Under the pieces are notes generated by a model that worked only from the letters and a program-made list of their open reading frames with translations, did no database searches and was not told the origin of the DNA. Shown piece after piece: positions 58,790 to 59,769 of a stretch of 59,769 bases of DNA. The translations under genes were made by a program, and so were the position numbers. The DNA comes from a bacterium (GTDB lineage: Bacteria > Actinomycetota > Acidimicrobiia > Spongiisociales > UBA5794), in the NCBI GenBank assembly GCA_024226255.1, contig JAAELU010000187.1, positions 1-59,769 of the forward strand, given 5' to 3'. Every line of letters starts with the position of its first letter. Within the stretch, counting starts at the first letter, position 1.

Positions 58790-59769
58790 CAGACTGCCGC
58801 CTTCTGCATACGCCGAATGTTGTAGAACATGATTGGGAGGATCGCCAAGAACAGAACAACCGCTAGCGCTGAACCCACACCGAAGTTGAACTCGGCGAAG
58901 GCCTTGTCATACATCTCGTTGGCAATCACGTTGGTATCGAAGTTGCCGGCGGTCATTACGCGGACAATGTCGAAGACCTTCATCACCGTGACAATCAGTG
59001 TGGTGACGACAACTCCGATCGTCGGAGCGATCTGGGGAATCGTGACCCTCCAGAACGTCTGCGATTCGGTCGCCCCGTCGACTCGGGCAGCTTCGATGAG
59101 TTCCTCGGGCACCGCCTTGATGGCAGACGAGAAGATCACCATGGTGAATCCGGTCTGGATCCACACCAGCACCACCATCAGCCAAATGTTGTTGAAGGGC
59201 ACCTCAGACGTGAACAGGATCGGGTTCGACTGGATGGCGCCGGTCGCCTCGACGACTGTGAACCCCCCAAGGCCTGGGCCCAAGAACCGGTAGATCAACC
59301 AGAGGAGCGGCAGAGCCGTCACGATTGATCCGACTGCGACGCCATTGGCGCCAGCCTTCCATCCGCGCCAAGCCAGATAGCCGAGGCCCGCCGCCAGGGC
59401 ACCCAGGATGATCGTCATGATCGCCTGGCCCGTTCCCGAGTTGCTTATCTGCCCGAGCCAGACCCATAGCGAGTTCATAACTCCGGTCTGGTCGCGCTGG
59501 GGCGGTCGAGCGATGTACATGAACCGCCAGATGATGCCGGCACCGACGAATGAGATCGCCATGGGCATGAAGATGATCGACTTGGCGATGTTCTCGTACT
59601 TGCCGCGGTCGGCCAGCACCGCAATCGCCAGGCCCATCGATGTAGCGACCGCAGTGACAGTGAACACCCACCACAGGTTGTTGATGATGGTGCCTCGCAA
59701 CGTGGCGAAGATTGCCATGGCGATGACGAACGACCCGATGACTATTGGGCTCAGCGTGCCGGCGCCGAA
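58789..59769 (-). CDS. Carbohydrate ABC transporter permease (AglF/MalF-like), probably 5'-truncated by the window edge
   Basis: KSIIFMPMAISFVGA, EAARVDGA, KVFDIV, VIANEMY; frame stays open toward the right edge. Confidence 0.9.
   Translation of the reverse strand, partial: FGAGTLSPIVIGSFVIAMAIFATLRGTIINNLWWVFTVTAVATSMGLAIAVLADRGKYENIAKSIIFMPMAISFVGAGIIWRFMYIARPPQRDQTGVMNSLWVWLGQISNSGTGQAIMTIILGALAAGLGYLAWRGWKAGANGVAVGSIVTALPLLWLIYRFLGPGLGGFTVVEATGAIQSNPILFTSEVPFNNIWLMVVLVWIQTGFTMVIFSSAIKAVPEELIEAARVDGATESQTFWRVTIPQIAPTIGVVVTTLIVTVMKVFDIVRVMTAGNFDTNVIANEMYDKAFAEFNFGVGSALAVVLFLAILPIMFYNIRRMQKAAV

Overview
GC-rich chromosomal window with about 56 genes, most consistent with an actinobacterium, probably Acidimicrobiia. 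This is inferred from DUF3097, two F420-type LLM oxidoreductases, an N-terminal-GNAT Pat and many leaderless TAnnnT-N6-ATG starts. I see no rRNA, tRNA, CRISPR array, transposase or integrase. Content is mostly metabolic and housekeeping: pyrB, nfnAB-like transhydrogenase, ArcE/cDPGS-family synthetase, thrC, maf, hrpA, ABC-F, ABC exporter, MMPL, ArsP/ArsR and a sugar ABC system. Most interesting observations: (1) the pyrB leader combines a T6-C7-C8-G9 start region like enteric pyrC, a possibly leaderless 27-codon leader ORF and an intrinsic terminator, suggesting a hybrid nucleotide-sensing attenuator; (2) a TrpF-fold protein lacking the catalytic Cys is coupled to a PfkB kinase, a degenerate P-loop protein and RidA, a candidate unknown Amadori/sugar-amine pathway; (3) a secreted collagen protein carries a circularly permuted phage tail-collar domain; (4) anaerobe-type energy-conserving enzymes co-occur; (5) a secreted SNase-LTD-RTX nuclease; (6) two gene remnants and an apparent read-through fusion onto an MMPL transporter. 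All family calls come from motif recognition by eye; no searches were run.
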